DNA of 64,000 nt from Candidatus Woesearchaeota archaeon (GTDB lineage: Archaea; Nanobdellota; Nanobdellia; Pacearchaeales; GW2011-AR1), in assembly GCA_964447315.1 (NCBI GenBank), contig CAYURQ010000001.1, forward strand, positions 27,351 to 91,350, written 5' to 3'. The translations under genes were made by a program, and so were the position numbers. Shown one piece after another: positions 20,821 to 30,474 of this stretch. The notes under the pieces are model-generated. The model had not been told where the DNA came from. It saw only the letters and a program-made list of their open reading frames with translations, and searched no databases. Within the stretch, counting starts at the first letter, position 1, and each line of letters begins with the position of its first letter.

Positions 20821-20906
20821 AAGATGTTTTTACCTTGGATAAAATTAAAAATGATAAGATATGCCTATTTGTTTAGACATTTAGTTACATATTATGAAAA
20901 TTATTC

Positions 20907-20928
20907 ACTATGTGTTAAAACACATAGT
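20907..20928. promoter_or_regulatory. perfect palindrome ACTATGTGTT-AA-AACACATAGT (candidate operator)
   Basis: 10-bp inverted arms with 2-bp spacer in the intergenic region between the HTH regulator and the surface-protein gene. Confidence 0.4.
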
Positions 20929-21032
20929 ATATATGATGTCATTATAAAGTTACACTAATAGTAAGATTTATAAATGAAATTTACTCTCAATAAGTATCAG
21001 AAAACAAAGTTTTTCTGAAGAATTAAATAAAA

Positions 21033-22262
21033 ATGTCGACAAACAAAAACACGAAAATGAACACAAAAAACCTTATGGTTTCTTTATGTGCAATTGTAGT
21101 TGCAATGTTTTTAGTGGTTACTGTTGCTGCTGCTGACGTAACATCAAGTATTTCTATTGAAGTAGATGATATTGACGTAGCTGACAATCCATCAGTTGTT
21201 GCTGGTGAATCTGTCGCTATTGAAGTTAAATTTACTGCTGATGTAGATGCTTCAGATGTTAGAGTTAAAGCAGAAATTGAAGGCGACAAAGTTGATGTAT
21301 ATGTAATGTCTAGACCATTTGATGTGGAAGCTGGTCACACATATAAGAAAACTTTATCTGTGAAAGTTCCTTTTGAACTTAAAGATGAAATTTCAGAAGA
21401 TATTCACTTAAATGTGAAAATCTGGAATGGAGACTATAAAACAGAAGTTGAAAACTTAGTATTAAGAGTTCAAAGACCTTCATATAACCCTGTTATCAAG
21501 TCTGTAAGTGTTTCTCAAAATATTGAAGCTGGTGAAACTTTCCCAGTGGATATTGTTTTAAAGAACATGGGATACAATGACTTAGATGACATCTATGTAA
21601 CAGTTAGTGTTCCAGAATTAGGAGTTAAGAAAACTTCTTATTTCGGAGACTTAGTTCCAATTGAAACTTGTAATGAAGACTGTGAAGAAGAAGACACTGT
21701 TAGTGGGAGACTTTATTTAGAAGTTCCTTACGAAGCAGAAGCTGGTGTTTACGAATTAGAAGTTAACGTTAAAACTGATGATGTTGATAGCACTGTTTCA
21801 GAACAATTTGCTATTAAAAATGACTTCACTTCAAACGTTATTGTAACTTCTGAAAGTAAAACAGCTAACGTGGGTCAAGATGCTGAATACAGCTTGTTAC
21901 TTGTAAACCCAACAAACAGTTTAAAAGTATACAGAGTTGTTACAGAATCTAGCGGTGAATTAAGCACAGGTGTTGATGAATCTGTTGTTGCTGTTCCAGC
22001 TGGATCAAGCAAGACAGTTACTGTAATGGCTAAAGCTTCTGAAGCTGGTGAGTACAATTTTAATGTACACATCTTTTCAGGAGAAAAATTAACTGATACA
22101 GTTTCTCTTTCATTAACTGCAGAAGATAACGCTGCTACAAACCCAATTGTAGTCTTAACAGTTGTTTTAGCAATTATCTTTTTAGTACTTTTAATTGTAT
22201 TAATTGTACTATTAGGAAAGAAACCTAGAAAACAAGAAGAATTCGGAGAAAGTTATTACTAA
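21033..22262 (+). CDS. cell-surface (S-layer-like) protein with N-terminal signal peptide and C-terminal TM anchor
   Basis: hydrophobic N-term then AAADV; Val/Ser/Thr/Asp-rich beta-type body; C-term ...PIVVLTVVLAIIFLVLLIVLIVLLGKKPRK; GC noticeably higher than surroundings. Confidence 0.6.
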   Translation: MSTNKNTKMNTKNLMVSLCAIVVAMFLVVTVAAADVTSSISIEVDDIDVADNPSVVAGESVAIEVKFTADVDASDVRVKAEIEGDKVDVYVMSRPFDVEAGHTYKKTLSVKVPFELKDEISEDIHLNVKIWNGDYKTEVENLVLRVQRPSYNPVIKSVSVSQNIEAGETFPVDIVLKNMGYNDLDDIYVTVSVPELGVKKTSYFGDLVPIETCNEDCEEEDTVSGRLYLEVPYEAEAGVYELEVNVKTDDVDSTVSEQFAIKNDFTSNVIVTSESKTANVGQDAEYSLLLVNPTNSLKVYRVVTESSGELSTGVDESVVAVPAGSSKTVTVMAKASEAGEYNFNVHIFSGEKLTDTVSLSLTAEDNAATNPIVVLTVVLAIIFLVLLIVLIVLLGKKPRKQEEFGESYY

Positions 22263-22300
22263 CTTTTAATGTAAATTTTTTATTTTTATTTTTTAACTTT

Positions 22301-22324
22301 CTCTTTTCTTTTTTTAGAAAAGAG
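22301..22324 (+). terminator. hairpin CTCTTTTC-(T7A)-GAAAAGAG followed by a T-tract
   Basis: 8-bp stem directly downstream of the surface-protein gene. Confidence 0.35.
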
Positions 22325-22385
22325 AATATTCTTCTTTTTGATATGATAGAAAAAATTAATAAAGAAAATATCTTAAATTAATAAA

Positions 22386-22694
22386 ATGCCCAACAATAAT
22401 ATAATAAGAAAATATTATTTTGCTCTTAAAAAGAATCAAAATATTGGTGGAAATTTTAATGATATATTAAAAGAAAAATACCAAAATACCCCTAATTTTA
22501 TTGAATTTAACCAATTAAAAGATTTTTATATTGTTCATGATAATTCATGTACTGTAATTAGTTATTTAATGGAGCCAGATGATATAGTTGAGATAACTGG
22601 CACTAATAAAAAAATAAAAGAAACCAGGCAAATATTAGAGGAAAAATTAGAGAACTGGAAACTTAAGAGATTTGATGAAAAAGAAGATGAATGA
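22386..22694 (+). CDS. hypothetical protein (102 aa)
   Basis: ORF only. Confidence 0.35.
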   Translation: MPNNNIIRKYYFALKKNQNIGGNFNDILKEKYQNTPNFIEFNQLKDFYIVHDNSCTVISYLMEPDDIVEITGTNKKIKETRQILEEKLENWKLKRFDEKEDE

Positions 22695-22956
22695 AAAAGA
22701 AAAAATTGAGAATCTTAGAAATAGTTCAATATTTCAGGAAAAAATAAAATATCAAAGTAGCATTTTCTTTAGTTCATTAATAATAGCAGGATTACTTGAG
22801 ATTAATATTAATGAGTATAAAAAATATAAATTTATTGATAATATTGTTAATTCATATATTCAAGAAATTCAAACAAGAAATGATTCTATTAATCAAGCCA
22901 ATAAAAACTGGAAATTTTATGAACATAAACTAGAATTAGAAGATATTATTAAATAA
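22672..22956 (+). CDS. hypothetical protein (94 aa)
   Basis: ORF only; overlaps the previous ORF by 23 nt. Confidence 0.3.
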   Translation: MMKKKMNEKEKIENLRNSSIFQEKIKYQSSIFFSSLIIAGLLEININEYKKYKFIDNIVNSYIQEIQTRNDSINQANKNWKFYEHKLELEDIIK

Positions 22957-22973
22957 GTTCTTTGAGGAAAAAT

Positions 22974-25832
22974 CTAAACTTTCAAACTCACAATCTTGCT
23001 AACTCCGTCATGCATACTTACTCCAAATAAATTAGTTGCATTAGTAATTATTTCATCGTTGTGAGTTATAACAAGATATTGTCCTTTTCTCATGAATTTT
23101 TGAAGAAGTCCTGCAAGTCTGCCTGAATTACGCTTGTCTAATGCAGCATCTATCTCATCAAGTATGTAAAAGCAGTAAGGATTTAATTCCTGGATTGCAA
23201 ATATCAGTGAAAGTGCAACCATTGTTTGTTCACCCCCACTTAAAGATGTAACGTCAAAATATTTACCATGCCCTGTTTTAACTACAATTCCAACTCCTCC
23301 ATCAAATGGATCTTTTTTATTTTCTAGTTCTAAAAATACTTGTCCTTTTTCTGAAATAGAAGCAAAATTTCTAGAAAATATTGTATTAAGTTCCTCAAAA
23401 GTTTTCATGAAGGATTTTTTCTTTTTAATATCAATCTCATGAATAATTCTTAAGATGCTATTTTTTTCTTTTTCAATAATCTCTACACGACTTTGAACTG
23501 CTTGGTATTCTTTTTTAATTTCATCGTAAACTTCTAAAGAACGCATATTAACATTACCCATATTATTTAGAGTTGCTTGAGTTTTATTGAATCTTTCTTG
23601 AAGAACCTCTCTGGATTGTTTTATTATTTCAACATTTGGAAATTCCAACAATTCTGTTTCAAAATTTTCAATCTCAGCACTAAAACGTGCTTTTTCAACT
23701 TTAAAATTATTTATCTCTTGTTCAATGTTATAAATTATATTTTTCTTGATTGAAAATTGTTGTTCGTTTTCACGTATTTTTTGATTGCAGAAATCTTTAT
23801 CTTTTAACATGGTATGGTGTTTCCTTGTTAATTCTTCGTCTTGTTTTCTTTTTTCATTTAATTTTCTTTGTTTTTCATTAAAAGATTCTTTTAATTTTTC
23901 TAATTCTTCTGTTATATCTTGAACTTCACGGGCATTTTGTTTTATTGATATTTTTGCACGTTCAAGTTCTCTTTGTTTAAAGGATATTTCTGAATTGATA
24001 TTTTCTGTTGTACGCATTGAAATTTCTTGCATTTCAATTGAAAATTTATCATATTTTTCTTCAACTCCTGAATAATTTTCAAAATCTTTTTCAAGCTTTT
24101 GTTTAATCTTTTCTAGTCCTTGTAATTCTCCTTGTGCAAGATTAATTTTTTCTTGAAGAGCTTTAATCTGTGATTTTTTTTCATTAATACTTGATATTTT
24201 ATTTAAATCATTTTCACGTTTTGATATTTCTTGAGATATTTTTTCAATTTCTTGTTTAAGCATATCTCTATTTGTTTGAATTGTAGTTAAATCTGAGTCA
24301 GAAATAGAAATCTTATCTTCAAGTTTTTTCACTTCTGAATTCACTTCTGAATGAATTGTACTTATATGGTCTTTTGTTATTTTACTTTTACATAAAGGAC
24401 AAATATCCATTTTAGATATTTTTTCAATCATCTTTCTTTGCTTTTCAATTTCTGCTTCATTTGCAAATGAAATTTTATCTAATTCACGTTCTTTTAATAT
24501 TAAATCTTCAAAAAATTCTTTTTTTTGTGCTAATTCAATTCTTAAATTATCAAGAATTTCAATAGAAGTTTTTTTATCAAATAAATCATTAACTGCAGAA
24601 TCAATTTGCTTTATTAAAAAATCTGATTCATTTTTATAATTTTGTAAAATAGATCTTTTATCATCGAACCTTTCACGTATTGATTTTAATTCAGAACGTG
24701 TTGTATAAAATTTCTTTCTTTGTTCTTCTAATTCATCTAATTTTTGTTTTTTTGTTTTAAGCTCTTTTTCTTTTTTAGCAAGGCTTGGAGATTCTTTTTG
24801 AAGTGTTTTTAATTCTAACTCGTTATCACGAATTGAATTTTCTAATTCAACTTTTGATTTTTTCAAGGAATTTAACTTTGTTTCATTATTTTCAATTCTT
24901 ACTTTAAGGCCTTCTAAATCTGCCCTAAGTGTTGCAATTTCTGAATTAAGTTTTTCTTGTTCTAATCCTGTTGATTCTGTTATCTTTGAATCTATTGTTT
25001 TTACTTTTTCTTCAAGATTTTTAATAACTGCTTGGATATTTACAATTGTTTTTTTAACTTTTTCAATTTCTTTGTTTTTCTTTTCAATATTATCATCAAT
25101 TGAAGAAGCGTGTTTTTGTTTTTTATTTAAATCATGAGTTAATATGCTGGCTTTAAATTTTTTAATATCTTCCTGATATTTTTTATAACGTAGAGCTTGT
25201 TCTCTTTCTTTTTCAAGATTATTTAAGTAAGATGTTCTTTCACGAAGTATGGATAATACATCTTTTAACTTGTTTTCAGTCCTGTTTAATTCTTTTAGTG
25301 ATTTTTCTTTCCTAGATTCATAGATTGAGATTCCAGATACTTCTTCAATAATTTTACGTCTTTCTTCAGTATGCATTCTTACAAAGTTTTGAATTTCACC
25401 TTGCAAGATTATATTGAATCCATTTGGATCAATTCCTGCTTGGGCAAGTAAACCAAGTATTTCTTGTCTTGTTTTTGTTTGATTATTTATTTTGTATATG
25501 CTTTGTCCGTTTCTACGTACAATACGTTTAATTGATATTTCTTTATCATTTATTGAAAAAGCATTGTCTGAATTATCAAAAATCATTTCAACTGATGCTT
25601 CTTTTGCAGGTGAAGCAGCTTTTGTTCCCATGAAAATAAGATTTTTGGCTTTTGCAGCACGCATTGATTTAACACTTAATCTACCTAAAACAAAGCATAA
25701 TGCATCTGAAACATTACTCTTACCAGAACCATTAGGACCTAAAATTACATTAATTCCTGAAGTAAATGGAATTTCTGTTTTTCTAGGGAAACTTTTGAAA
25801 CCATGCATCACCAGTTTTTTAATATAAGCCAT
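22974..25832 (-). CDS. SMC-family ATPase with Rad50-like CxxC zinc hook in place of a hinge
   Basis: N-term GPNGSGKSNVSDALCFVLG, LIF, ILQGEI and C-term LSGGEQTMVALSLIFAIQ...ILDEIDAALD...GVSMHDGVSKIVSL are SMC-like; mid-protein MDICPLCKSKIT hook; no Gly-rich hinge; 952 aa. Confidence 0.8.
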   Translation of the reverse strand: MAYIKKLVMHGFKSFPRKTEIPFTSGINVILGPNGSGKSNVSDALCFVLGRLSVKSMRAAKAKNLIFMGTKAASPAKEASVEMIFDNSDNAFSINDKEISIKRIVRRNGQSIYKINNQTKTRQEILGLLAQAGIDPNGFNIILQGEIQNFVRMHTEERRKIIEEVSGISIYESRKEKSLKELNRTENKLKDVLSILRERTSYLNNLEKEREQALRYKKYQEDIKKFKASILTHDLNKKQKHASSIDDNIEKKNKEIEKVKKTIVNIQAVIKNLEEKVKTIDSKITESTGLEQEKLNSEIATLRADLEGLKVRIENNETKLNSLKKSKVELENSIRDNELELKTLQKESPSLAKKEKELKTKKQKLDELEEQRKKFYTTRSELKSIRERFDDKRSILQNYKNESDFLIKQIDSAVNDLFDKKTSIEILDNLRIELAQKKEFFEDLILKERELDKISFANEAEIEKQRKMIEKISKMDICPLCKSKITKDHISTIHSEVNSEVKKLEDKISISDSDLTTIQTNRDMLKQEIEKISQEISKRENDLNKISSINEKKSQIKALQEKINLAQGELQGLEKIKQKLEKDFENYSGVEEKYDKFSIEMQEISMRTTENINSEISFKQRELERAKISIKQNAREVQDITEELEKLKESFNEKQRKLNEKRKQDEELTRKHHTMLKDKDFCNQKIRENEQQFSIKKNIIYNIEQEINNFKVEKARFSAEIENFETELLEFPNVEIIKQSREVLQERFNKTQATLNNMGNVNMRSLEVYDEIKKEYQAVQSRVEIIEKEKNSILRIIHEIDIKKKKSFMKTFEELNTIFSRNFASISEKGQVFLELENKKDPFDGGVGIVVKTGHGKYFDVTSLSGGEQTMVALSLIFAIQELNPYCFYILDEIDAALDKRNSGRLAGLLQKFMRKGQYLVITHNDEIITNATNLFGVSMHDGVSKIVSLKV

Positions 25833-25881
25833 TTTATCTAATATTTATAAAAGAAATAAGGGTTTTTAAGATTTTATTGGA

Positions 25882-26550
25882 TTACAACCTTCTTTGAGCT
25901 AATTTTTCAAATGCTTTTTTCCAGGTTTCCCAGGTTTTTCTAAATATTCCTGCATTTTGCTGTTTTTCTGCATTTTTTTCAAGATACATTATTGTTAAAG
26001 GGTCTGAAGTGTATCCTGAGCCAATTTCTTTTCCATATTTTTCACGTATTTTATCCATTTCTTTTTCACGCACACATTTTGCGAGAATTGAAGCAGCAGA
26101 TACAGCAATATGGTTTTTATCTGCTTTGTGCTCGCAGATTAATTCAATTGTACTCATATCTTTAACTAAACTTCTTACAACATCTTTCCACTTTTCTATA
26201 CTAACAGAAGGGCAATCAATAACAATTTTTATTTTTTTATAACCTTTATTTATTTTATTAATTATATCTGAAGTCATTTTAGCTTCTAATTTATTAAGAT
26301 TTTTTCCATTCTTTAATGCATTGTCAATTTCAAGAGGATTTGCAAGAACTATTTCAAAGGTTTCTGCTTTTTCTTTTATTATTTTAGAAAAGTGTTCACG
26401 TCTTTTATTTGTTAGTTGTTTTGAATCTTTAATTCCTATTCTACGAAACTCTTTTTCAGTTTCTTTTGTTACTAAACATCCTGCAAGAACCATTGGGCCT
26501 ATAACTGGACCACGACCAGCATCATCAATTCCTAAAATAAATTCTGTCAT
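25882..26550 (-). CDS. rnhB: ribonuclease HII
   Basis: N-term ILGIDDAGRGPVIGPMVLAGC. Confidence 0.85.
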   Translation of the reverse strand: MTEFILGIDDAGRGPVIGPMVLAGCLVTKETEKEFRRIGIKDSKQLTNKRREHFSKIIKEKAETFEIVLANPLEIDNALKNGKNLNKLEAKMTSDIINKINKGYKKIKIVIDCPSVSIEKWKDVVRSLVKDMSTIELICEHKADKNHIAVSAASILAKCVREKEMDKIREKYGKEIGSGYTSDPLTIMYLEKNAEKQQNAGIFRKTWETWKKAFEKLAQRRL

Positions 26551-26596
26551 AATAGTCTCAAATGGATTGTGTTTTATAAGTATTGTTGTCTAGTGA

Positions 26597-27004
26597 TTAT
26601 TTCTTTTTATTTTTTCTTTTCTTTAAAATTAGTAATAAAATACAAATAACTATTATTCCTAATATTGTTAAAAAACTATTCATTAAGTTTATTGCCAAAC
26701 CAATTAAATTCAAGTAAAATACAACTAATGGAACAATTGCAATACTTAGTCCAAAGCTTAAAGCAATTCTTTCAAGCCAGTTTATAGTTCCTTTTTTATT
26801 GTCTTCATTTTTGGTTGTTTCAAGGAAAAAAACATAACTTAGTATAAATCCTGGAAGGAATAAAACATAAACACTTCCAAATACAATTCTGAAACTTGTT
26901 GATAATTCAATCATGCTGAACATTGCAATAGCTAAACTAATAAAAGCAAGAATAAAAACAACTCCTCCTGCACTCCAGAACCATTTTTTAATATCTTTAT
27001 TCAT
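26597..27004 (-). CDS. small multi-TM membrane protein (start moved to the internal Met of ORF 26597..27391)
   Basis: protein-like sequence starts at MNKDIKKWFW...; the upstream part of the ORF is low-complexity and overlaps the next gene. Confidence 0.4.
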   Translation of the reverse strand: MNKDIKKWFWSAGGVVFILAFISLAIAMFSMIELSTSFRIVFGSVYVLFLPGFILSYVFFLETTKNEDNKKGTINWLERIALSFGLSIAIVPLVVFYLNLIGLAINLMNSFLTILGIIVICILLLILKKRKNKKK

Positions 27005-27116
27005 AAATATAAGTAGGTGAAAATATTTATAAACATTATGATATAATTTATTTGTTATGGTTAAAAAGAGGAAGCACAAATATAAGAGGAAAGCTAAGAA
27101 AAATGGAAAACCCCGT

Positions 27117-27740
27117 ATGAATTCTACAACTAAATGGTTGATTTTTGGAGTTATTATGGGATTATTTATTATTGCTGTATTAGGTGCTATATTTGTTTTA
27201 CAACCTGAGATATTAGATGAGATATCTGCAAAATTTTTTAATAATGCAGAAGTTAATTTAGGGGCAACTTCTAATGTAAAAGAAAATAGCTCTTTAAGTT
27301 TTTCTGGACAATCTGTTCCTAATCCAAGCAAAAGTAATTCAGGAGTAGGAGCTGTGGTTTCATTATCAGCTCCGAGTGTTGATAATTCCATTTATTATTC
27401 AGGTTTAGCAAGCATGTTAAGTGAAACTCCAATGGTTCAGGATATTCCTAAAGGAGAAACAATTTTACTACGATTTTACAACTTTAATACTGGATACAGA
27501 GAGTTTGAAGAATCATTTATCTTAACAAAAGGAGCTGTAAAACCTGGGTATACAGAAGATGTTGAAATAACAATAGTAATGCATAGTAAATATCTTCCTG
27601 AATTAAGTAAGGATAATCTTTGCAGTACAATTACAAAGGCAAATGAGAATGGAGATGTTGGGATTTACACTGATTTGTCAACAACAAAAATAATTATGAA
27701 ATTTAATAGTATGATGGAGTATAAAGATTGTTTGATGTGA
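27117..27740 (+). CDS. membrane-anchored hypothetical protein (start at MNSTTKW...)
   Basis: single N-terminal TM helix followed by a Ser/Asn-rich soluble domain. Confidence 0.4.
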   Translation: MNSTTKWLIFGVIMGLFIIAVLGAIFVLQPEILDEISAKFFNNAEVNLGATSNVKENSSLSFSGQSVPNPSKSNSGVGAVVSLSAPSVDNSIYYSGLASMLSETPMVQDIPKGETILLRFYNFNTGYREFEESFILTKGAVKPGYTEDVEITIVMHSKYLPELSKDNLCSTITKANENGDVGIYTDLSTTKIIMKFNSMMEYKDCLM

Positions 27741-27810
27741 AAATAGCAAAGCGTATTTTTTTAAATTATATATTAGAATATTTCATATAAAACTAATGTT
27801 TTTTATTCTT

Positions 27811-27833
27811 CATAAGGGAGTGTTGGAATAAAG
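27811..27833 (+). repeat. G/T-rich boundary element (short variant) CATAAGGGAGTGTTGGAATAAAG
   Basis: related to the recurring element at 35678, 40373, 41489 and 46630. Confidence 0.35.
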
Positions 27834-27910
27834 AAAAGTTTATATAATATTAGAACATTAAAATATAGAGGTGATGGAACCTCAAGATTCCCAATTCTTG
27901 AAAAAATACT

Positions 27911-29068
27911 ATGGCGCAAGTTAAAATGCAAGCACCATTATTAGAAAATATTTTAGATGTTTCTAACTCATTTTACTTAGATACTTTAGGATATAAACCT
28001 GAGAGAACTTCTTTGCAAGAACTTCCTAAAGAAAGTTGGAGTAATCTTGCTAATGAAAGAGGTCTAAACACAAATTCATCTGGAGTATATTTTCCAAGAA
28101 ACCAATTAGCAGTAATAAAACAAGAGAATCCCTTGAGTTTATTTCATGAGTATTTTGGACATGGATTATATTGCGAACAAAGCTTAGATGGAAGAAAATT
28201 AGTTGAATTAGAAAAAAAGCTTTTAGAAAAAGAAAAAAACAGATTTAATGGATATGAATTTACTTTAAAGGAATTGCAGGAGTTTAGGATAGAAAATCCT
28301 ACATTTCAAGAATTAAATAGATTTAAAGAAGAAAACTTAGGAAAATATGAATTATTTGCCTTATGGACAGAATATTTATTGTCAAAAGAGAATAATATGC
28401 TTGGAGATTTTGAAAGAAGATATGATAATTTTTCAAGGAAAGATAAAGAAGTTATTGATTCTACAATAAACTTTTCAGAAAGTTATGGTAATTTAGCTGC
28501 TTTTTATGCTCAAGGAATGAGCAAAATAATGACCAAAGATAGAGTGACAAAATTAATCAAAGATATTTATAAAAAAGATTTAGATAAGATAAAATTTGCA
28601 TTAGTTTATGGTTCTAAAAAACCTTTTAGTGATATTGATGTATTTATGGTTGGCAAGGGAGCTCCTATTGAATCTCATACAGATTGGTTAGATGCAAAAT
28701 ACAAGAATACTGTAGAATTTCAAAATGGATTAAGAAATTTTGATGTAAGAATAAGTGTTCCTTTAATGAATGGGGAATTTTTATTTGGAGATGAAGAATA
28801 TTTCGAAAAATCAAAACAAAAAATACTCTCTCAACCTATTACTGAAAAATCGATAAAATACAATCTGAGATGGTCTTCTAGAATGCAAAGATTGAAAGAA
28901 GAAAATCAAGAAAATGAATTTTTAAGAAAAAAATTTAAAGGATACAGTCTTACTTATATTAATAATGCATTGGCTTTAAGAAAAGGAAAAAGAATCTTTA
29001 CTAAAGAAGGTTTGCTTTCATATTCGCCTAGCGAAAGTAACACAGAATTAAAAGGAGGAAAAGCATAA
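27911..29068 (+). CDS. two-domain hypothetical protein with Pol-beta-type nucleotidyltransferase motif
   Basis: LVYGSKKPFSDIDVFMVG (GS...DxD) at aa ~235; N-terminal domain has HEYFGH; first gene of a tight 4-gene operon. Confidence 0.5.
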   Translation: MAQVKMQAPLLENILDVSNSFYLDTLGYKPERTSLQELPKESWSNLANERGLNTNSSGVYFPRNQLAVIKQENPLSLFHEYFGHGLYCEQSLDGRKLVELEKKLLEKEKNRFNGYEFTLKELQEFRIENPTFQELNRFKEENLGKYELFALWTEYLLSKENNMLGDFERRYDNFSRKDKEVIDSTINFSESYGNLAAFYAQGMSKIMTKDRVTKLIKDIYKKDLDKIKFALVYGSKKPFSDIDVFMVGKGAPIESHTDWLDAKYKNTVEFQNGLRNFDVRISVPLMNGEFLFGDEEYFEKSKQKILSQPITEKSIKYNLRWSSRMQRLKEENQENEFLRKKFKGYSLTYINNALALRKGKRIFTKEGLLSYSPSESNTELKGGKA

Positions 29069-29368
29069 ATGAAACTTGAACAAATGACTGGAGAAATTTC
29101 ACAAGCATCTCAAGGAAGGAGCAAATACTTCGTGGTTGGAGATTTAAGTTACTTGTCTGGATCTCATTTATATATGGCTGATGAACTATATATAAAGAAT
29201 TTTAGAGATGGAAGTATACTCCACATTCATGAAGTAGATGGTAGAATCACTGGTGCTAATATTAGGGGCACTAATGATTTAAGAGGGACTCCAATTAGCA
29301 ACTATCAAGCAACAATGTTAGATGTCTTGCCTGGAAGCTCTAGAACAATCATAAAAAACGGATCATAA
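29069..29368 (+). CDS. hypothetical protein (99 aa), operon member
   Basis: start 1 nt after the preceding stop. Confidence 0.4.
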   Translation: MKLEQMTGEISQASQGRSKYFVVGDLSYLSGSHLYMADELYIKNFRDGSILHIHEVDGRITGANIRGTNDLRGTPISNYQATMLDVLPGSSRTIIKNGS

Positions 29369-29369
29369 A

Positions 29370-29612
29370 ATGGTTTCAGAAAAGCAGATTAAGCACGAGC
29401 TTATAGCCATATATTCTAATTATCTTTCCAGTAAAGAGGATAAAAAGAATAGAGAAAAAGGGTATAAGCTTTATACAAAGTATTTCAATGGTGCAGAAAC
29501 TCTTTTTAGAGAAAATGTGAGTACTGCAATTTGGCAAGCCTTTAATCTGTACGAAGGCAAACTAAAAGAATCCAATGCAAAAAAGATTCTTGAAGATCTT
29601 CGCAAGACTTAA
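29370..29612 (+). CDS. hypothetical protein (80 aa), operon member
   Basis: start 2 nt after the preceding stop. Confidence 0.4.
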   Translation: MVSEKQIKHELIAIYSNYLSSKEDKKNREKGYKLYTKYFNGAETLFRENVSTAIWQAFNLYEGKLKESNAKKILEDLRKT

Positions 29613-29661
29613 TTTTTATTTTATTTTTTATTTTTAGATAATAAAATTCATATTTAGAAAA

Positions 29662-30147
29662 ATGAAAAAACAAGAAATACTAGAAGAACTTAAAAAACAA
29701 TTTGAATTAACAAAGAAAAAACTTAATTTCAAAGCTAGTTATGATGAAATAAATAACATGTCCTATATTGAGGATATGGCTTTAAGCCAGGGTTTTGTTA
29801 GTAACCAATTCCCAAGGCAGATGATTAACAGAATTGTTGAAACCTTTTATGGATGGGTTGGAGAGATTTATTCCTGGATTTATACCCCGCAAATGGACCT
29901 TATTCATGGGCATGAGGGAAAAAGACTTTCTGAACAAGAAAAAAAAGAATTACTTAATATGATTGATAGAATTATGTATTTAGTTAGAAAAAATAAAAGA
30001 ATTGCTTTTCAAGGTTTAATTGAAAAACAAGAAGGAGAATTTGTTGATGAATTAGTTGAATTTGATAAAAAATACTTTAATCCTTTTATGTTAAAATATC
30101 ATAAAAAATTTGAGAATATCTGGAAACAAGAAATAGATAAAAATTAA
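29662..30147 (+). CDS. hypothetical protein (161 aa)
   Basis: ORF only. Confidence 0.4.
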   Translation: MKKQEILEELKKQFELTKKKLNFKASYDEINNMSYIEDMALSQGFVSNQFPRQMINRIVETFYGWVGEIYSWIYTPQMDLIHGHEGKRLSEQEKKELLNMIDRIMYLVRKNKRIAFQGLIEKQEGEFVDELVEFDKKYFNPFMLKYHKKFENIWKQEIDKN

Positions 30148-30158
30148 ATATTTTTCAA

Positions 30159-30467
30159 TTAATAAGGTATCTTTTCACCTTCCCTAGAGCAATGCGTGCA
30201 ATTGCCTTCAAGACCACATTCTCCTCCAGAAAGCCTTAATCCTTGTCCAGGAGCATTATAATTTCCTTGATAATATCTACATCTTGGTTCAATAAGAAAT
30301 TCTTGCCATCCTCCTGAAGATCCAAGAGTGCTACGTCTAGATACTTTCATTCCCCCTCGAACTTCAACATCTTTTTCTTTAGAAGTGCAAGTGAATGGAT
30401 GATCATACTTTTCTCTTAAATTTTCCATTACTTCTTTAAGAACTGAATTTGAATATTCATAACTCAT
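30159..30467 (-). CDS. Cys-rich small protein, paralog 1 (start corrected to MSYEYS...)
   Basis: shares KYDHPF[TI]C, F[LF]IEP[RK]C.YY.G and a C-terminal CxxC with the upstream paralog; the corrected start aligns the two N-termini and removes the overlap. Confidence 0.5.
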   Translation of the reverse strand: MSYEYSNSVLKEVMENLREKYDHPFTCTSKEKDVEVRGGMKVSRRSTLGSSGGWQEFLIEPRCRYYQGNYNAPGQGLRLSGGECGLEGNCTHCSREGEKIPY

Positions 30468-30474
30468 TTTTAAA

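Noticed and set aside
26597-27391. The full 264-aa minus-strand ORF
   Set aside because: Its upstream half overlaps the plus-strand gene 27117..27740 and is low-complexity. Only the segment from the internal Met at 27004 was retained.
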